Counted from the stretch's first letter, positions 17,486 through 26,961 are shown. The stretch is 64,000 bases of DNA from Chloroflexota bacterium (GCA_003228115.1 QEVV01000004.1:85175-149174), one strand, 5' to 3'. Notes: generated from the letters alone by a model not told the origin. Numbers and translations are program-made.

Positions 17486-18556
17486 CTACAGCCCATACAG
17501 AGCAGTCGGATTGTCGTCCAAGATTTTGTTCACAACGTTCTTCGGGATAGCGCTGTCACCCTGCAGACGCCGGATGGCATCAATCTCTGCAGCGGTGTCG
17601 GCGTGGCCGTAGTCAGAGCCCAACACAAGGTTATCCTCGCCGCTGAAGCTCAGCACATAGTTGAGGTCGTCGCGGGTCAGGCACTCCACATAGAACCTGT
17701 TCTCCTTCAACATGTCCGCCGACGCGTGCTCGCCGACCTTGGCGAGCCGGTTGTCTAGGTCATTCAGCATCCACGGCACCCAGGACGCGCTAGCCTCCAT
17801 GAAGCCCCACCTGAGGTCAGGAAACTTGTCAGGGGTCTTCTTGATCAAAAGGTCGTGGACACACCCTGCCATCGTCATCTTGAACTTGAGGAAACCGCTG
17901 CCGCGGACGAACAGATCCCTCATGGTCGTGTTGCCCTCGCCATCATGGACGGTGATGGGCATATTAAGCTTGCTAGCCTCTTCATATATTGGATAGAAGT
18001 AGGGTTCGGACAGTAGCCTGTCCCGCTCCACCGTCCTCATATAGACACCGCAAGCCCCGTTTTCCTTGCCGAAATGGATCTCCTCCAGTGCCTTGTCCAT
18101 GCTCAACAAGGGCGGCACGACCGCCCACCGCAAGCGATTGTTGCTCTGCCTCCAGATCTCCGCCAGCCAGCGGTTGTAGCTCCGGCAGGTCGCCAGGTCG
18201 GTGTCGTCTTTGTTGGACATGACGTGGATGAAGTAGCTGGGATACAGCATTTGGATGTCTACGCCCAGCTCATCCATGTGGCCGAGGCGGGTGTCAAGGT
18301 TGGTTAGCTCCCTGGCCTCGCGGGCAGTGTGCGACACCACCCCCCTTCCGCCCGACTCCTCTTCGTCGCGTACGCCATAGAGGTTGTCTTGGTGCTGCTG
18401 CAGGTATCTCCCATCGCTCAACCAGAAGGCAGGCCCGCGAGCCTCCTCATTCTTGGGAATCACCAGTAGCGGCATCAGGTGCCGGTCAGACTCGTCCGCG
18501 TAGGACCAAGTGCGCTCAGTCTCGATAACGTGGCAGTCGGCATCGATAATCGGCAT
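17486..18556 (-). CDS. amidohydrolase-2 family protein, copy B
   Basis: ORF 17486..18613. Start moved to MPIIDADCHV (ATG 18556, GAGG upstream) by alignment with copy A. Roughly 80% identity by eye. Confidence 0.8.
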   Translation of the reverse strand: MPIIDADCHVIETERTWSYADESDRHLMPLLVIPKNEEARGPAFWLSDGRYLQQHQDNLYGVRDEEESGGRGVVSHTAREARELTNLDTRLGHMDELGVDIQMLYPSYFIHVMSNKDDTDLATCRSYNRWLAEIWRQSNNRLRWAVVPPLLSMDKALEEIHFGKENGACGVYMRTVERDRLLSEPYFYPIYEEASKLNMPITVHDGEGNTTMRDLFVRGSGFLKFKMTMAGCVHDLLIKKTPDKFPDLRWGFMEASASWVPWMLNDLDNRLAKVGEHASADMLKENRFYVECLTRDDLNYVLSFSGEDNLVLGSDYGHADTAAEIDAIRRLQGDSAIPKNVVNKILDDNPTALYGL

Positions 18557-18753
18557 TGCATGCACCTCTTTGCGTCCGTCGGTGTCCTTCTGCCGCTCTT
18601 GTAGTCGAAACAATGCCTGCTGTCAACCGCTATGAGCGGATATCTGATCAATCACTAACGGCCAATACCCACATCGGCTGAGGCTCCCTTTCCCGTGCTA
18701 AACTAGGGTCACAGTAAACGTGCCTGCCACCTACAAGCTCACTCCACACCCAC

Positions 18754-19800
18754 GTGCCCTACAACACTAGTTTGACCCACTCAATTCCAGCCTTTCTCGG
18801 AAGGACAAAGAGCCTTTTGTCCCTGGGACTCGTAACGTTATTCATTGTGCTCGTCGTCGCCGGTTGCGGAGACGGCAAGGGCGCTGACCAGCGCATACGG
18901 GAGGTTGTGGAAGCCTGGACAGGAACAGGATTGGCCGAATTCAACACATCCGCCGCAGTAGCGGTCGCTGAGGATTTGCCCGCCAGCATTTCAGTCATTG
19001 AGGCAGCCCTGGCCGAAGGAATCACCCGCAACCTCAACTGGGCCATCGTAGACACCCAGGAAGTCGAGGGAGGAAAGATCCGGGCAGAAGTCCAGCTAGA
19101 AGCGCCTTTCAATATCCAGATCGGCGACATTGCCGCCAGCTACAATCTGCGCTTCAAGTACAACCTGCTGGTCCGCGGAGATGTTGTTGAGGAAGCTGTC
19201 TTGGTGCTCGACTCCCTGAACCTCATCAGCGCTTCTCCCCTACTTCCGACACCGACCCTACCGGCGCCAACTCCACGCCCAACACCGACGGAGACCGCCC
19301 CGCCGCCGACCCCATCGCCGCGGCCGTCCATCACCCCGTTCCCCACGCGCCAGCCTACGGCAACCACGCGGCCAGCGCCCACACCAACACAAATGCCCCC
19401 GGCGCCGACGCTAACGCCAGTGTTGGTCCACGAGGGTAAGCCCAACGTCGTCAGTTTCCCTGACGCTCAGGGCCAACTCGCCCTTACTGCGCACTGGGAA
19501 ATCGTCATTGAAGGTCCCTCCGTCATCGCCGTTGACTACCCGTTCGTGGAAAGCGATGACCTGGAAGTGTTTGTCACCTTCAAAGCCGCAGACCCTCAGG
19601 CAAAACTCACAAGCGTTGTCATAAAGGGGCCTGGCAAACAGGAGCTTGCGTCAACCAAGGACGTCGACCTCTTGTGGCGTTCTGCCTTCACCATCCAGGA
19701 AACCGGCGTTCACCGAATCCTCCTGAACCCTCCCGTGGCCACCGGGGACATGACGGTTAACTTGCTGATCACCTTCCACCTAACCGCACCAACCCAGTAG
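18754..19800 (+). CDS. secreted lipoprotein with Pro/Thr-rich linker, hypothetical
   Basis: 348-aa ORF with GTG start. Signal peptide plus lipobox LVVAGC, and a central PTPTLPAPTPRPTPTETAPPPTPSP linker. Confidence 0.55.
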   Translation: MPYNTSLTHSIPAFLGRTKSLLSLGLVTLFIVLVVAGCGDGKGADQRIREVVEAWTGTGLAEFNTSAAVAVAEDLPASISVIEAALAEGITRNLNWAIVDTQEVEGGKIRAEVQLEAPFNIQIGDIAASYNLRFKYNLLVRGDVVEEAVLVLDSLNLISASPLLPTPTLPAPTPRPTPTETAPPPTPSPRPSITPFPTRQPTATTRPAPTPTQMPPAPTLTPVLVHEGKPNVVSFPDAQGQLALTAHWEIVIEGPSVIAVDYPFVESDDLEVFVTFKAADPQAKLTSVVIKGPGKQELASTKDVDLLWRSAFTIQETGVHRILLNPPVATGDMTVNLLITFHLTAPTQ

Positions 19801-19948
19801 CGCCATTCCTCACCACCGCAGTGTTGCCCTCTCGCCCCGCAACCCATGACATAAGGGAACAACGCTGCAGAGCGGCCACCGCCCCCCTCCGTGGCGTGCC
19901 AAACCTCTCTTGACACTTCCCGCACACATGTGCTACTTCTATGAAGGG

Positions 19949-19962
19949 CGAACATGCGTTCC
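19949..19962 (+). promoter_or_regulatory. LexA (SOS) box of the GAAC-N4-GTTC type in the lexA promoter
   Basis: CGAACATGCGTTCC lies about 35 nt downstream of TTGACA (19910-19915) and 31 nt upstream of GTG 19993. Confidence 0.7.
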
Positions 19963-19992
19963 CCCCCAAGCACTTACCAAGAGGGGTTCAGC

Positions 19993-20634
19993 GTGAAAAA
20001 GCTTTCCACCAGGCAACAGGGCATCCTGGAGTTTCTTGAATCCTTCATCGACGAGCACGGCTACCCCCCAACAGTCAGGGACATTCAACACGGATGCAGC
20101 ATCAGCTCCACATCCGTTGTCGACTACAACCTGCGCCACCTAGAGCGGGAGGGTTACATCAACCGGGACCCGGATGTGTCCCGGGGCATTGGCCTGACAG
20201 AGGGCAGCTACGGCCGCAGGGATAACGTGGTCAGCCTTCCTCTCCTTGGCTACATTGCCGCCGGTACACCAATTCCCGTCCCCACCGCGGAAGGTTGGGC
20301 CTCCACAGAGCCCCTGGACAGCGTTGACGTGCCCACGTATTTGACCGGCGGTCGCCGCGATGTCTACGCCCTGAAAGTGAAGGGCTTCTCGATGATCGAC
20401 GCCCTCATCGACGAAGGGGATGTGGTAGTTCTTGAGCCCATACGGCAGGCCCAAAACAACGATATGGTGGCCGCCGTTCTCACCGACACCAACGAGGTCA
20501 CACTCAAGCGTTTCTACGCAGAGGGCTCTCGCGTTCGCCTTCAGCCGGCCAACAGCCAAATGGAACCCATCTACGTTGACGCCGACAAAGTGGAAGTCCA
20601 CGGCCGCGTGGTAGCCGTCCTCCGCATAATGTAG
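19993..20634 (+). CDS. lexA: LexA repressor
   Basis: ORF 19954..20634. N-terminal wHTH (LSTRQQGILEFL..GYPPTVRDI), S24 peptidase core (GFSMIDA..GD, TLKRF). ATG 19954 lies inside the SOS box, so GTG 19993 (after GAGGGG) is preferred. Confidence 0.85.
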   Translation: MKKLSTRQQGILEFLESFIDEHGYPPTVRDIQHGCSISSTSVVDYNLRHLEREGYINRDPDVSRGIGLTEGSYGRRDNVVSLPLLGYIAAGTPIPVPTAEGWASTEPLDSVDVPTYLTGGRRDVYALKVKGFSMIDALIDEGDVVVLEPIRQAQNNDMVAAVLTDTNEVTLKRFYAEGSRVRLQPANSQMEPIYVDADKVEVHGRVVAVLRIM

Positions 20635-20697
20635 GGCCCGGCTTCACTCCCACAACACGAAGGTTCTCCCCTTCTGGCTACATCCCTCCTTACAGGG

Positions 20698-20740
20698 GCC
20701 CCCAAGCCCCTTCCCCCTGAGGGGGAAGGGGCTTGGGGGC
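20698..20740 (+). terminator. 20-bp perfect stem hairpin downstream of lexA
   Basis: GCCCCCAAGCCCCTTCCCCC TGA GGGGGAAGGGGCTTGGGGGC; no U-tract, so it may be a repeat element rather than a classical terminator. Confidence 0.45.
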
Positions 20741-20836
20741 GAAGCTTCCCGACAGGCACGCCGCAGCGCCAGCCCTTCCCCACTACCCCCCAAACGCGCT
20801 ACCATCCTTCCCATAGACACGAACCAGGGAGAAGGC

Positions 20837-22153
20837 ATGGCAACCCAGCAACCCATGACCCACGGGCACGCCCACCGTCACTACCACGCCGACATGCTTA
20901 GCGTGGAGGAGGCGAGGGAGCGTATTCTAGCCAATTTCAGCGTCCTCGAACCGGAGGAGCGCCCACTTCTTGAGTGCTTGGGCCAGGTGTTGGCAGAGGA
21001 CGCCCGCTGCGACATCAACATTCCCCCAGCTGACAACTCCGCCATGGACGGCTACGCCGTCCAGTTCGACAGCATCAAAGGCGCTGAAGACGGAACGCCC
21101 GTTACTTTGAAGGTGGTGGGCTACGTAGCAGCAGGGCAAGTGCCCGAAGGCGCAGTAACGCCTGGCACCGCGTTCAGGATCATGACCGGTGCTGCCACCC
21201 CCATCGGCGCAGACACGGTGATCCCCTTCGAGGACACAGACGAAATGCAGCGCAAGGCCGACGGCCTCACGCTGGACGAAATCGCTATTCAATACGAACA
21301 CCCCAAAGGCACGAACGTCCGCCCCACCGGTGACGACTTCAGCAAGGGTGATCTGGCCGTCGAGCGGGGCACCGTCCTGCGCCCCGCCGAGTTGGGAGTC
21401 CTTGCCGCCATCGGTAAGCCAACGGTGAAGGTGTACCGGCGGCCTGTCATTGCGGTGCTTGCAACCGGCGACGAGCTCCAGGAGCCGGGAGAGCCACCCC
21501 AACCAGGCAAGATCTACAACACCAACAACTACAGCATCGCCGCTTCCGTGACCCGTTACGGCGGCATAGTGAAGCTGCTTGGCATTGCCCGTGACAACCT
21601 TGAGGACCTTGAAGCCAAGGTTGAGGAGGCCCTTTCCTGCGACCTTCTTCTTACCTCTGCGGGCGTCTCCAAAGGCGACTACGACATCGTCAAAGACGTT
21701 CTGGGGCGCAAGGGCAAGGTGGAGTTGTGGTCGGTGCGCATGCGACCAGCCAAGCCGTTGGCCTTTGGGCTTCTCGATGGCCCCGATGGGCGAAAGGTCC
21801 CCCACCTGGGTCTACCCGGCAACCCCGTCTCTGCCCTCGTCGCCTTCGAACAGGTGGCCCGTCCGGCCATCTTGAAGATGCTGGGGAAGACCCGCCTGGA
21901 CAAGCCCTCCATTACCGCCATCCTTGAAGACGACATCACCAACAGCGACAGCCGCAGGGTCTACGCCAGGGTGATAGTGACCAAACGCGAGGGGACGTAC
22001 TACGCCAAGCTAGCAGGGGGCCAAGGCTCCCACGTTCTCTCAGCCGTCGCCCGTGGCAACGGCCTAGCCGTCTGCCCAGAGGAACAAGCCGCCGTCCGCG
22101 CCGGTGAGGAAGTCAAAGTAGAAATGCTGGACTGGCCGGAAGAGTACGAATAG
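20837..22153 (+). CDS. moeA: molybdopterin molybdenumtransferase MoeA
   Basis: LSVEEARERIL, NSAMDGYAV, TGDEL, LLLTSAGVSKGDYD and LPGNPVSALV motifs. The start could also be ATG 20894. Confidence 0.85.
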   Translation: MATQQPMTHGHAHRHYHADMLSVEEARERILANFSVLEPEERPLLECLGQVLAEDARCDINIPPADNSAMDGYAVQFDSIKGAEDGTPVTLKVVGYVAAGQVPEGAVTPGTAFRIMTGAATPIGADTVIPFEDTDEMQRKADGLTLDEIAIQYEHPKGTNVRPTGDDFSKGDLAVERGTVLRPAELGVLAAIGKPTVKVYRRPVIAVLATGDELQEPGEPPQPGKIYNTNNYSIAASVTRYGGIVKLLGIARDNLEDLEAKVEEALSCDLLLTSAGVSKGDYDIVKDVLGRKGKVELWSVRMRPAKPLAFGLLDGPDGRKVPHLGLPGNPVSALVAFEQVARPAILKMLGKTRLDKPSITAILEDDITNSDSRRVYARVIVTKREGTYYAKLAGGQGSHVLSAVARGNGLAVCPEEQAAVRAGEEVKVEMLDWPEEYE

Positions 22154-22163
22154 CTAGGCGAAT

Positions 22164-22188
22164 GTAGGGGTGCCCCGACGGGTCGCCC
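22164..22188 (+). repeat. family-B GTAGGGG(C/T)G hairpin repeat (imperfect copy)
   Basis: GTAGGGGTGCCCCGACGGGTCGCCC, immediately after the moeA stop. Confidence 0.5.
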
Positions 22189-22265
22189 TCCGGCTAATGC
22201 CAGCGTCCCCTTACCGCCGCGGCCTATGCCCGCATCCAAGCCTCAGCAGACAAAGGCAATTTCCA

Positions 22266-22691
22266 ATGTCCTCTACACCCCCCTGCCCCCTCTCTTCAAC
22301 CCACCACATCGGCGTTGCGGTACGAAGTCTAGATGAGCACATTCCTCTGTACAGAGACCTGTTCGGGCTGGACCCCGGCCCGGTGCTAGAGGCCCCAGCC
22401 TACGGCGTGCGGGGCGTGTTCATCTCAACCGGCAACACCAACATCGAGCTTGTGGAGCCTACGTCGCCGGACAGCCCCATCGCCCGCTTCCTGGAAACCC
22501 GCGGCGAGGGCCTACATCACGTCTGCTTTGAGGTTGAGGACATCAACGGCAAGCTGGCAGCGCTCAAGGAACAAGGCATTAGGCTTGTGGACCAAGAGCC
22601 GCGGCCTGGCCTTGCCGGGGGCGTGGTCGCATTCCTCCACCCAAGCGCAGGCAAGGGCGTCCTCATAGAGCTGGCTGAGCACCCGCATTAA
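22266..22691 (+). CDS. methylmalonyl-CoA epimerase / VOC (glyoxalase) family protein
   Basis: ORF 22170..22691. Start at ATG 22266. HHIGVAV...IELVEP....SPIARFLE.RGEGLHHVCFEV pattern. Confidence 0.75.
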   Translation: MSSTPPCPLSSTHHIGVAVRSLDEHIPLYRDLFGLDPGPVLEAPAYGVRGVFISTGNTNIELVEPTSPDSPIARFLETRGEGLHHVCFEVEDINGKLAALKEQGIRLVDQEPRPGLAGGVVAFLHPSAGKGVLIELAEHPH

Positions 22692-22755
22692 CGAGCCGGG
22701 AAATTCACCGCGGAGTTCGCCGAGAACGCGGAGAATGAACTTCCAAGACGAACTA

Positions 22756-22800
22756 CTCTCCGCGCCCTCTGCGCCCTCTGCGCCCTCTGCGCCCTCCGCG
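22756..22800. repeat. 9-bp tandem repeat (5 units) inside a 12-bp inverted-repeat frame
   Basis: CTCTCCGCG (CCCTCTGCG)x3 CCCTCCGCG. Flanked by TTCACCGCGGAG (22704-22715) and CTCCGCGGTGAA (22794-22805). Confidence 0.85.
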
Positions 22801-23190
22801 GTGAACTCCCTTCCCTGAAGCCCCAATCGGTGTGAGGCCGCTGGCAACATCGTCCCCCACCAATGCTCCACTCGGCCCGGCCGCACGCATAGTATAATGA
22901 CGGCCAGAGGCGGCCTCCGGGGGTGACCCATGGCTCTCACTAAACGCTCGCTGATCTTCTCTCCCTCCTTTCTTGCCATCGCGTCTCATCGCGTTCTTTC
23001 TCCTAGCCCATCGTTACCCAAACCGAAGCCTGGCAGCCCAGGCGCTAAAGCTGAGTGGCAGGATGGGCGGGACGGGAGGGCTAGGCCCTATCAACTGCGG
23101 GGAAAGAGAACGGCGTGCCAACGGGGACGGACCTCTGACGACAACGTTAGCTTGGGATGCAATCTCGATCACGCTTAAAGGAGAGTGAAC

Positions 23191-23994
23191 ATGTTAGTGC
23201 CAATCATTGTTCTCGTTGTACTGGCGGTATTCGCCGTGGCCTTGGTGCCGGCGGGGGTGCGCATCATCAAGCAGTATGAGGGAGGCGTATTGCTGCGCCT
23301 TGGGCGTTTCGTCAGCGTCCGGGGCCCTGGCCTCAACTTCATCCTCCCCTACATCGACACGGTCATTCGCGTCGACTTTCGCATTCGCACCCTCGACGTT
23401 CCCAGCCAGGAGATGATCACGTCCGACACCGTGACTGTGAAGGTCAATGCGGTCGTCTACTTCAAAGTAGTCGACGCCGAGAAGGCCGTTATTCAAGTGC
23501 AGGAGTACGCCAACGCCACCTGGCAGATAGCCCAGACTTCCCTCAGGGCCGTCATCGGCGCCACGGACCTGGAGTCGCTGCTCAGCCGCCGGGAAGAAGT
23601 CAACAGCCGGCTTCAGCAGATCATCGGCGAGCAAACCGAACCCTGGGGCGTCACGGTCTCCGTGGTGGAGGTCAAGGACGTGGAACTGCCATCTGGCATG
23701 CAACGTGCCATGGCCCGCCAGGCCGAGTCAGAACGGGAACGACGCGCCAAGGTTGTCCACGCTGAGGGCGAGTTTGAAGCTGCCGAGCGACTGGTGGAGG
23801 CGGCAACGGTCATGGATCGGTCTCCAGCGGCGCTCCAGTTGCGCTATCTTCAGACCCTTGCTGATATCACCACGGACCGCTCCAGCATCGTTGTGTTTCC
23901 CTTGCCCATGGACATTTTGCGGGGCTTCCTGCCAAACGCCTTGTTCGGCAATGCCACCACTCAACACGGGGACCAAGAAGCCAGCGACGACTGA
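23191..23994 (+). CDS. SPFH/Band-7 (stomatin-like) protein
   Basis: AAAGGAGAG precedes ATG 23191. N-terminal TM helix, then IKQYEGGVLLRLGRF and a typical SPFH core. No NfeD partner seen. Confidence 0.85.
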   Translation: MLVPIIVLVVLAVFAVALVPAGVRIIKQYEGGVLLRLGRFVSVRGPGLNFILPYIDTVIRVDFRIRTLDVPSQEMITSDTVTVKVNAVVYFKVVDAEKAVIQVQEYANATWQIAQTSLRAVIGATDLESLLSRREEVNSRLQQIIGEQTEPWGVTVSVVEVKDVELPSGMQRAMARQAESERERRAKVVHAEGEFEAAERLVEAATVMDRSPAALQLRYLQTLADITTDRSSIVVFPLPMDILRGFLPNALFGNATTQHGDQEASDD

Positions 23995-24030
23995 GTACCC
24001 GTTCAGGATTCCTAACACCGGGCCCACAAA

Positions 24031-24068
24031 GCAAACGGGGGCGGCCAAATGGCCGCCCCCGTTTGCTT
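24031..24068 (+). terminator. terminator-like hairpin after the SPFH gene
   Basis: 16-bp stem GCAAACGGGGGCGGCC AAAT GGCCGCCCCCGTTTGC, then TT. Confidence 0.6.
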
Positions 24069-24115
24069 GCCCCTCCCCAATGCGTCCTCTAGCATGGTGT
24101 TAAATGTAGTGCCTG

Positions 24116-25936
24116 ATGCGAGAGGATGCGGTGGAGTTTGAGGGCGGCTTCTTTGCGGACATTGTAGCGGTCTTCCTGGCGGCCTTTGCTGGAGGATTGG
24201 CTGCGCGGCTCCTACGGCTTCCCGTCATCCTAGGCTACCTCGCCGTAGGTATGGCGGTGGGGCCCCACGCCCTCGGCCTTGTAGAGAACGCCGATACCAT
24301 CCGGACCCTTGCGGAGTTCGGCGTCGTTCTCCTGCTCTTCGCTGTAGGCGTCGAGGTCTCTTTTCGCGACCTCCGCAAGCTGGGCAGGGTTGTTATTGCC
24401 GGTGCCCTAGCGCAGGTCATCCTGACGTCAGGGATAGCCTTCCTCATCCTTCTGGCGTTCGGCCGGGTCCCGCGAGAAGCGGTGGTGCTGGGCCTCGTCA
24501 TTTCGCTCAGCAGCACCATGGTCGTGCTCAAGACCCTTTCAGATCGCGGCGAACTACATTCTCTTCACGGCCGGATCATCACCGGGATCTTGTTGCTCCA
24601 GGACCTTGCCTTTGTTCCCATGATTGCCCTACTGCCGGCCCTTGGCGCAGAAGGCGCGTCAACCGTCCTTGCCGACCTTGGCCTCGGTCTGCTCAAAGCT
24701 GGAGTAGTGCTTACTCTGGCAGTCGTTCTCGGCACAAGGGTCGTGCCTGTGCTTATGAGCCGGATTTCAGGCCTCGGCTCGCGGGAGGTCTTCCTCCTGA
24801 CGGTCATGGCCGTCGTCTTCGCTTCCGCGAGCCTCACCCGGTCCGTCGGTCTTTCGGCGGCGCTGGGGGCTTTCGTCGCCGGTCTCGTCCTCAGCGAGTC
24901 TGATTTTGGACATCGGGCTTTGGCGGAAGTCGTGCCACTGCGGGACGCCTTCGCCTCCCTCTTCTTCGTCTCCTTAGGCATGCTTACAGACCCTGTCTTC
25001 CTTTCTAACCACATTTTCGAAGTCCTGCTGGTCATGGCCCTTGTCGTATTCCTCAAGTCAGCCGTCTCGGCGGCCTTGACTAGGTCATTTGGATACATGC
25101 CGCATACCGCTGTGCTCACTGGCGCCGGCCTCGCACAGATTGGGGAGTTCAGCTTCATCCTCGCGGCCACCGCTAGCACACAGGGAATCGTCGGTGGTGA
25201 CCTATTGACCCTGACCGTGGTCTCAGCCGTGCTCACTATGGCGTTGACACCATCCATCCTCGCCGCGGCGTCCAAGGCGTTGGATGCCGCAAGCCTCCGA
25301 TTCCAACCGCTTCGCCCATTCCACAGACCCGACATCGAGTATGAAGGACGACTCCCCGCCCTGAGGGACCACGTCATCGTATGTGGCTTGGGGAGAGTGG
25401 GTTCGCTGGTCGCCCAGGCCTTGGCAGACCACGAGGTACCCTTCATCGGCATCGATCCCGACCCGTACGTCGTGGCCCGCTGGAAGCAGGCTGGGCATCA
25501 TGCGTTACAGGGGGCCAGCCAGAACAGCACCATTCTTGAAGCCTGTCGTGTCAAACAGGCCCGAATGATGGTGATATCGACTGGCGACCCCGTATCGACC
25601 CAGGTGACAGCCCAAGGCGCCCTTCAGGCCAACGCCAAGCTGGATATTGTGGCTCGCGTTCGGTGGCGTGACGAAGGCGAACGCCTCCAACGAATGGGCG
25701 TAACCGAAGTTGTATGGCCGGAGATGGAGGCCGGGTTGGAAATCTTGCGCCACTCACTCCACCGCTACCACACGAAGCGCGTGGAGGTTGATCTGCTGGT
25801 AAGACGCCTGCGCAACCATCTCAGCTTCGGGGAAGCTGCTGGTGAAGATGTCCTGCCACCAGAAGAGGGACTGGGGGAAGAACTCGCGCCGCCGCACCAT
25901 TTGGCCGATGAAACGCCAGGGGATGGGAAAAACTAG
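24116..25936 (+). CDS. CPA2 cation:proton antiporter with C-terminal RCK/TrkA-N domain (KefB/KefC-like)
   Basis: 606 aa, about 12 TM segments, then VIVCGLGRVGSLVAQAL Rossmann-type RCK domain. Confidence 0.8.
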   Translation: MREDAVEFEGGFFADIVAVFLAAFAGGLAARLLRLPVILGYLAVGMAVGPHALGLVENADTIRTLAEFGVVLLLFAVGVEVSFRDLRKLGRVVIAGALAQVILTSGIAFLILLAFGRVPREAVVLGLVISLSSTMVVLKTLSDRGELHSLHGRIITGILLLQDLAFVPMIALLPALGAEGASTVLADLGLGLLKAGVVLTLAVVLGTRVVPVLMSRISGLGSREVFLLTVMAVVFASASLTRSVGLSAALGAFVAGLVLSESDFGHRALAEVVPLRDAFASLFFVSLGMLTDPVFLSNHIFEVLLVMALVVFLKSAVSAALTRSFGYMPHTAVLTGAGLAQIGEFSFILAATASTQGIVGGDLLTLTVVSAVLTMALTPSILAAASKALDAASLRFQPLRPFHRPDIEYEGRLPALRDHVIVCGLGRVGSLVAQALADHEVPFIGIDPDPYVVARWKQAGHHALQGASQNSTILEACRVKQARMMVISTGDPVSTQVTAQGALQANAKLDIVARVRWRDEGERLQRMGVTEVVWPEMEAGLEILRHSLHRYHTKRVEVDLLVRRLRNHLSFGEAAGEDVLPPEEGLGEELAPPHHLADETPGDGKN

Positions 25937-25969
25937 GAACAAAGCCGTGGCAAGGAAGGCGCTTATGGT

Positions 25970-25994
25970 AGTAGGGGCGACTCGGTGAGTCGCC
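25970..25994 (+). repeat. family-B GTAGGGGCG hairpin repeat
   Basis: GTAGGGGCGACTCGGTGAGTCGCCC; 9-bp stem GGGCGACTC/GAGTCGCCC. Confidence 0.7.
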
Positions 25995-26046
25995 CAAGTC
26001 TGGGCGAAACCTGGTGGGGACTAACTAGCCTCCCACTCTGCGCCCC

Positions 26047-26847
26047 TTAGGTACCCACCTTCAGCGAAGCGGTTATCTCTCTGACAGTCCGTATGATCGA
26101 CAGCGCCGTGAGTTTACCAGTGCGCGGGTTCTCTGTAGGCACGTTTTCTATATGCACCGCAAGCCGTCCGAACTCCCCTTCCACTTCTATGTCATGGCAA
26201 TTGCGTGTCAGACCCGGCACCGCAATAATGCGCACCCTAGTCCTATCGGGGCCTATGCCCGCCAGGCTCACCGCGGCGGAGACGTTGACGTTGGCAGGAA
26301 AACCCTTGCACGCCTCCCGGGCACTGCCCTCGAACAACAGTCGCTCTTCCTCAAGCCCCTCCAACGACATGCCCTTGTCAACCAAAAAGGGCGCTCCCTG
26401 GAGGGCCTCCGGTGGCTTTCGTGAAGTCATGGTCACATGGTCGATGCGGCCCTCCGCCGCCGATTTGATGCCGTCCAGCCCGGCGATCGCCCCGGATGGC
26501 ACGAACAAACGGCAACTCCGCTCCACTGCCACCGCCACCAGTTCCGGATGGTCGAGCAAGGCGCCAACGCTAATAACCATGAGGTCTTTGCCAGCCCCAA
26601 AGGTCAGCCTTGCCAGGTCCGGAACAACATCAGCGCCCGCAGCCTCAATAACAAGGTCCGCCCTTTCCACCAAATCCTGTGGACTCAAGTAATCCACAGG
26701 ATTGCCAAGCGTAGCAAGAAAGGCCTTGGCCCGTTCCTCTCCGCGACTAGCGACGCCAACAACCTTAACCGGAAGGTGCCCATCATCGACGGCCCTGAGA
26801 AGTGCCCGTCCTATGGCCCCGCATCCAACCACTGCGATAGAAAGCAT
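26047..26847 (-). CDS. nadX: L-aspartate dehydrogenase-like (NadX/DUF108)
   Basis: N-terminal VVGCGAIG Rossmann motif and FPANVNVSAAVSLAG signature typical of NadX. Confidence 0.7.
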   Translation of the reverse strand: MLSIAVVGCGAIGRALLRAVDDGHLPVKVVGVASRGEERAKAFLATLGNPVDYLSPQDLVERADLVIEAAGADVVPDLARLTFGAGKDLMVISVGALLDHPELVAVAVERSCRLFVPSGAIAGLDGIKSAAEGRIDHVTMTSRKPPEALQGAPFLVDKGMSLEGLEEERLLFEGSAREACKGFPANVNVSAAVSLAGIGPDRTRVRIIAVPGLTRNCHDIEVEGEFGRLAVHIENVPTENPRTGKLTALSIIRTVREITASLKVGT

Positions 26848-26961
26848 CCGGTGCCCCTCCGTAATCGTCTGCCAATCCTAGCCCGGCCAGTCACACCCGT
26901 CCAGCGATGTTCGAGGATCAAACCACCAAGCTGGAGAAAAGACTTCCTGAGCCGGTGCCGC

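Noticed and set aside
22512-22979. 155-aa minus-strand ORF containing an AEGAEGAEGAEG repeat.
   Set aside because: Its 3' part is antisense to the epimerase gene, and the repeat is simply the 9-bp VNTR in frame. No start context or family resemblance.
22930-23178. 82-aa ORF upstream of the stomatin-like gene, as a possible NfeD-type partner.
   Set aside because: The product is not membrane-like and is low-complexity (Pro/Ser/Gly/Arg-rich). NfeD proteins have TM helices and an OB domain, which are absent here.
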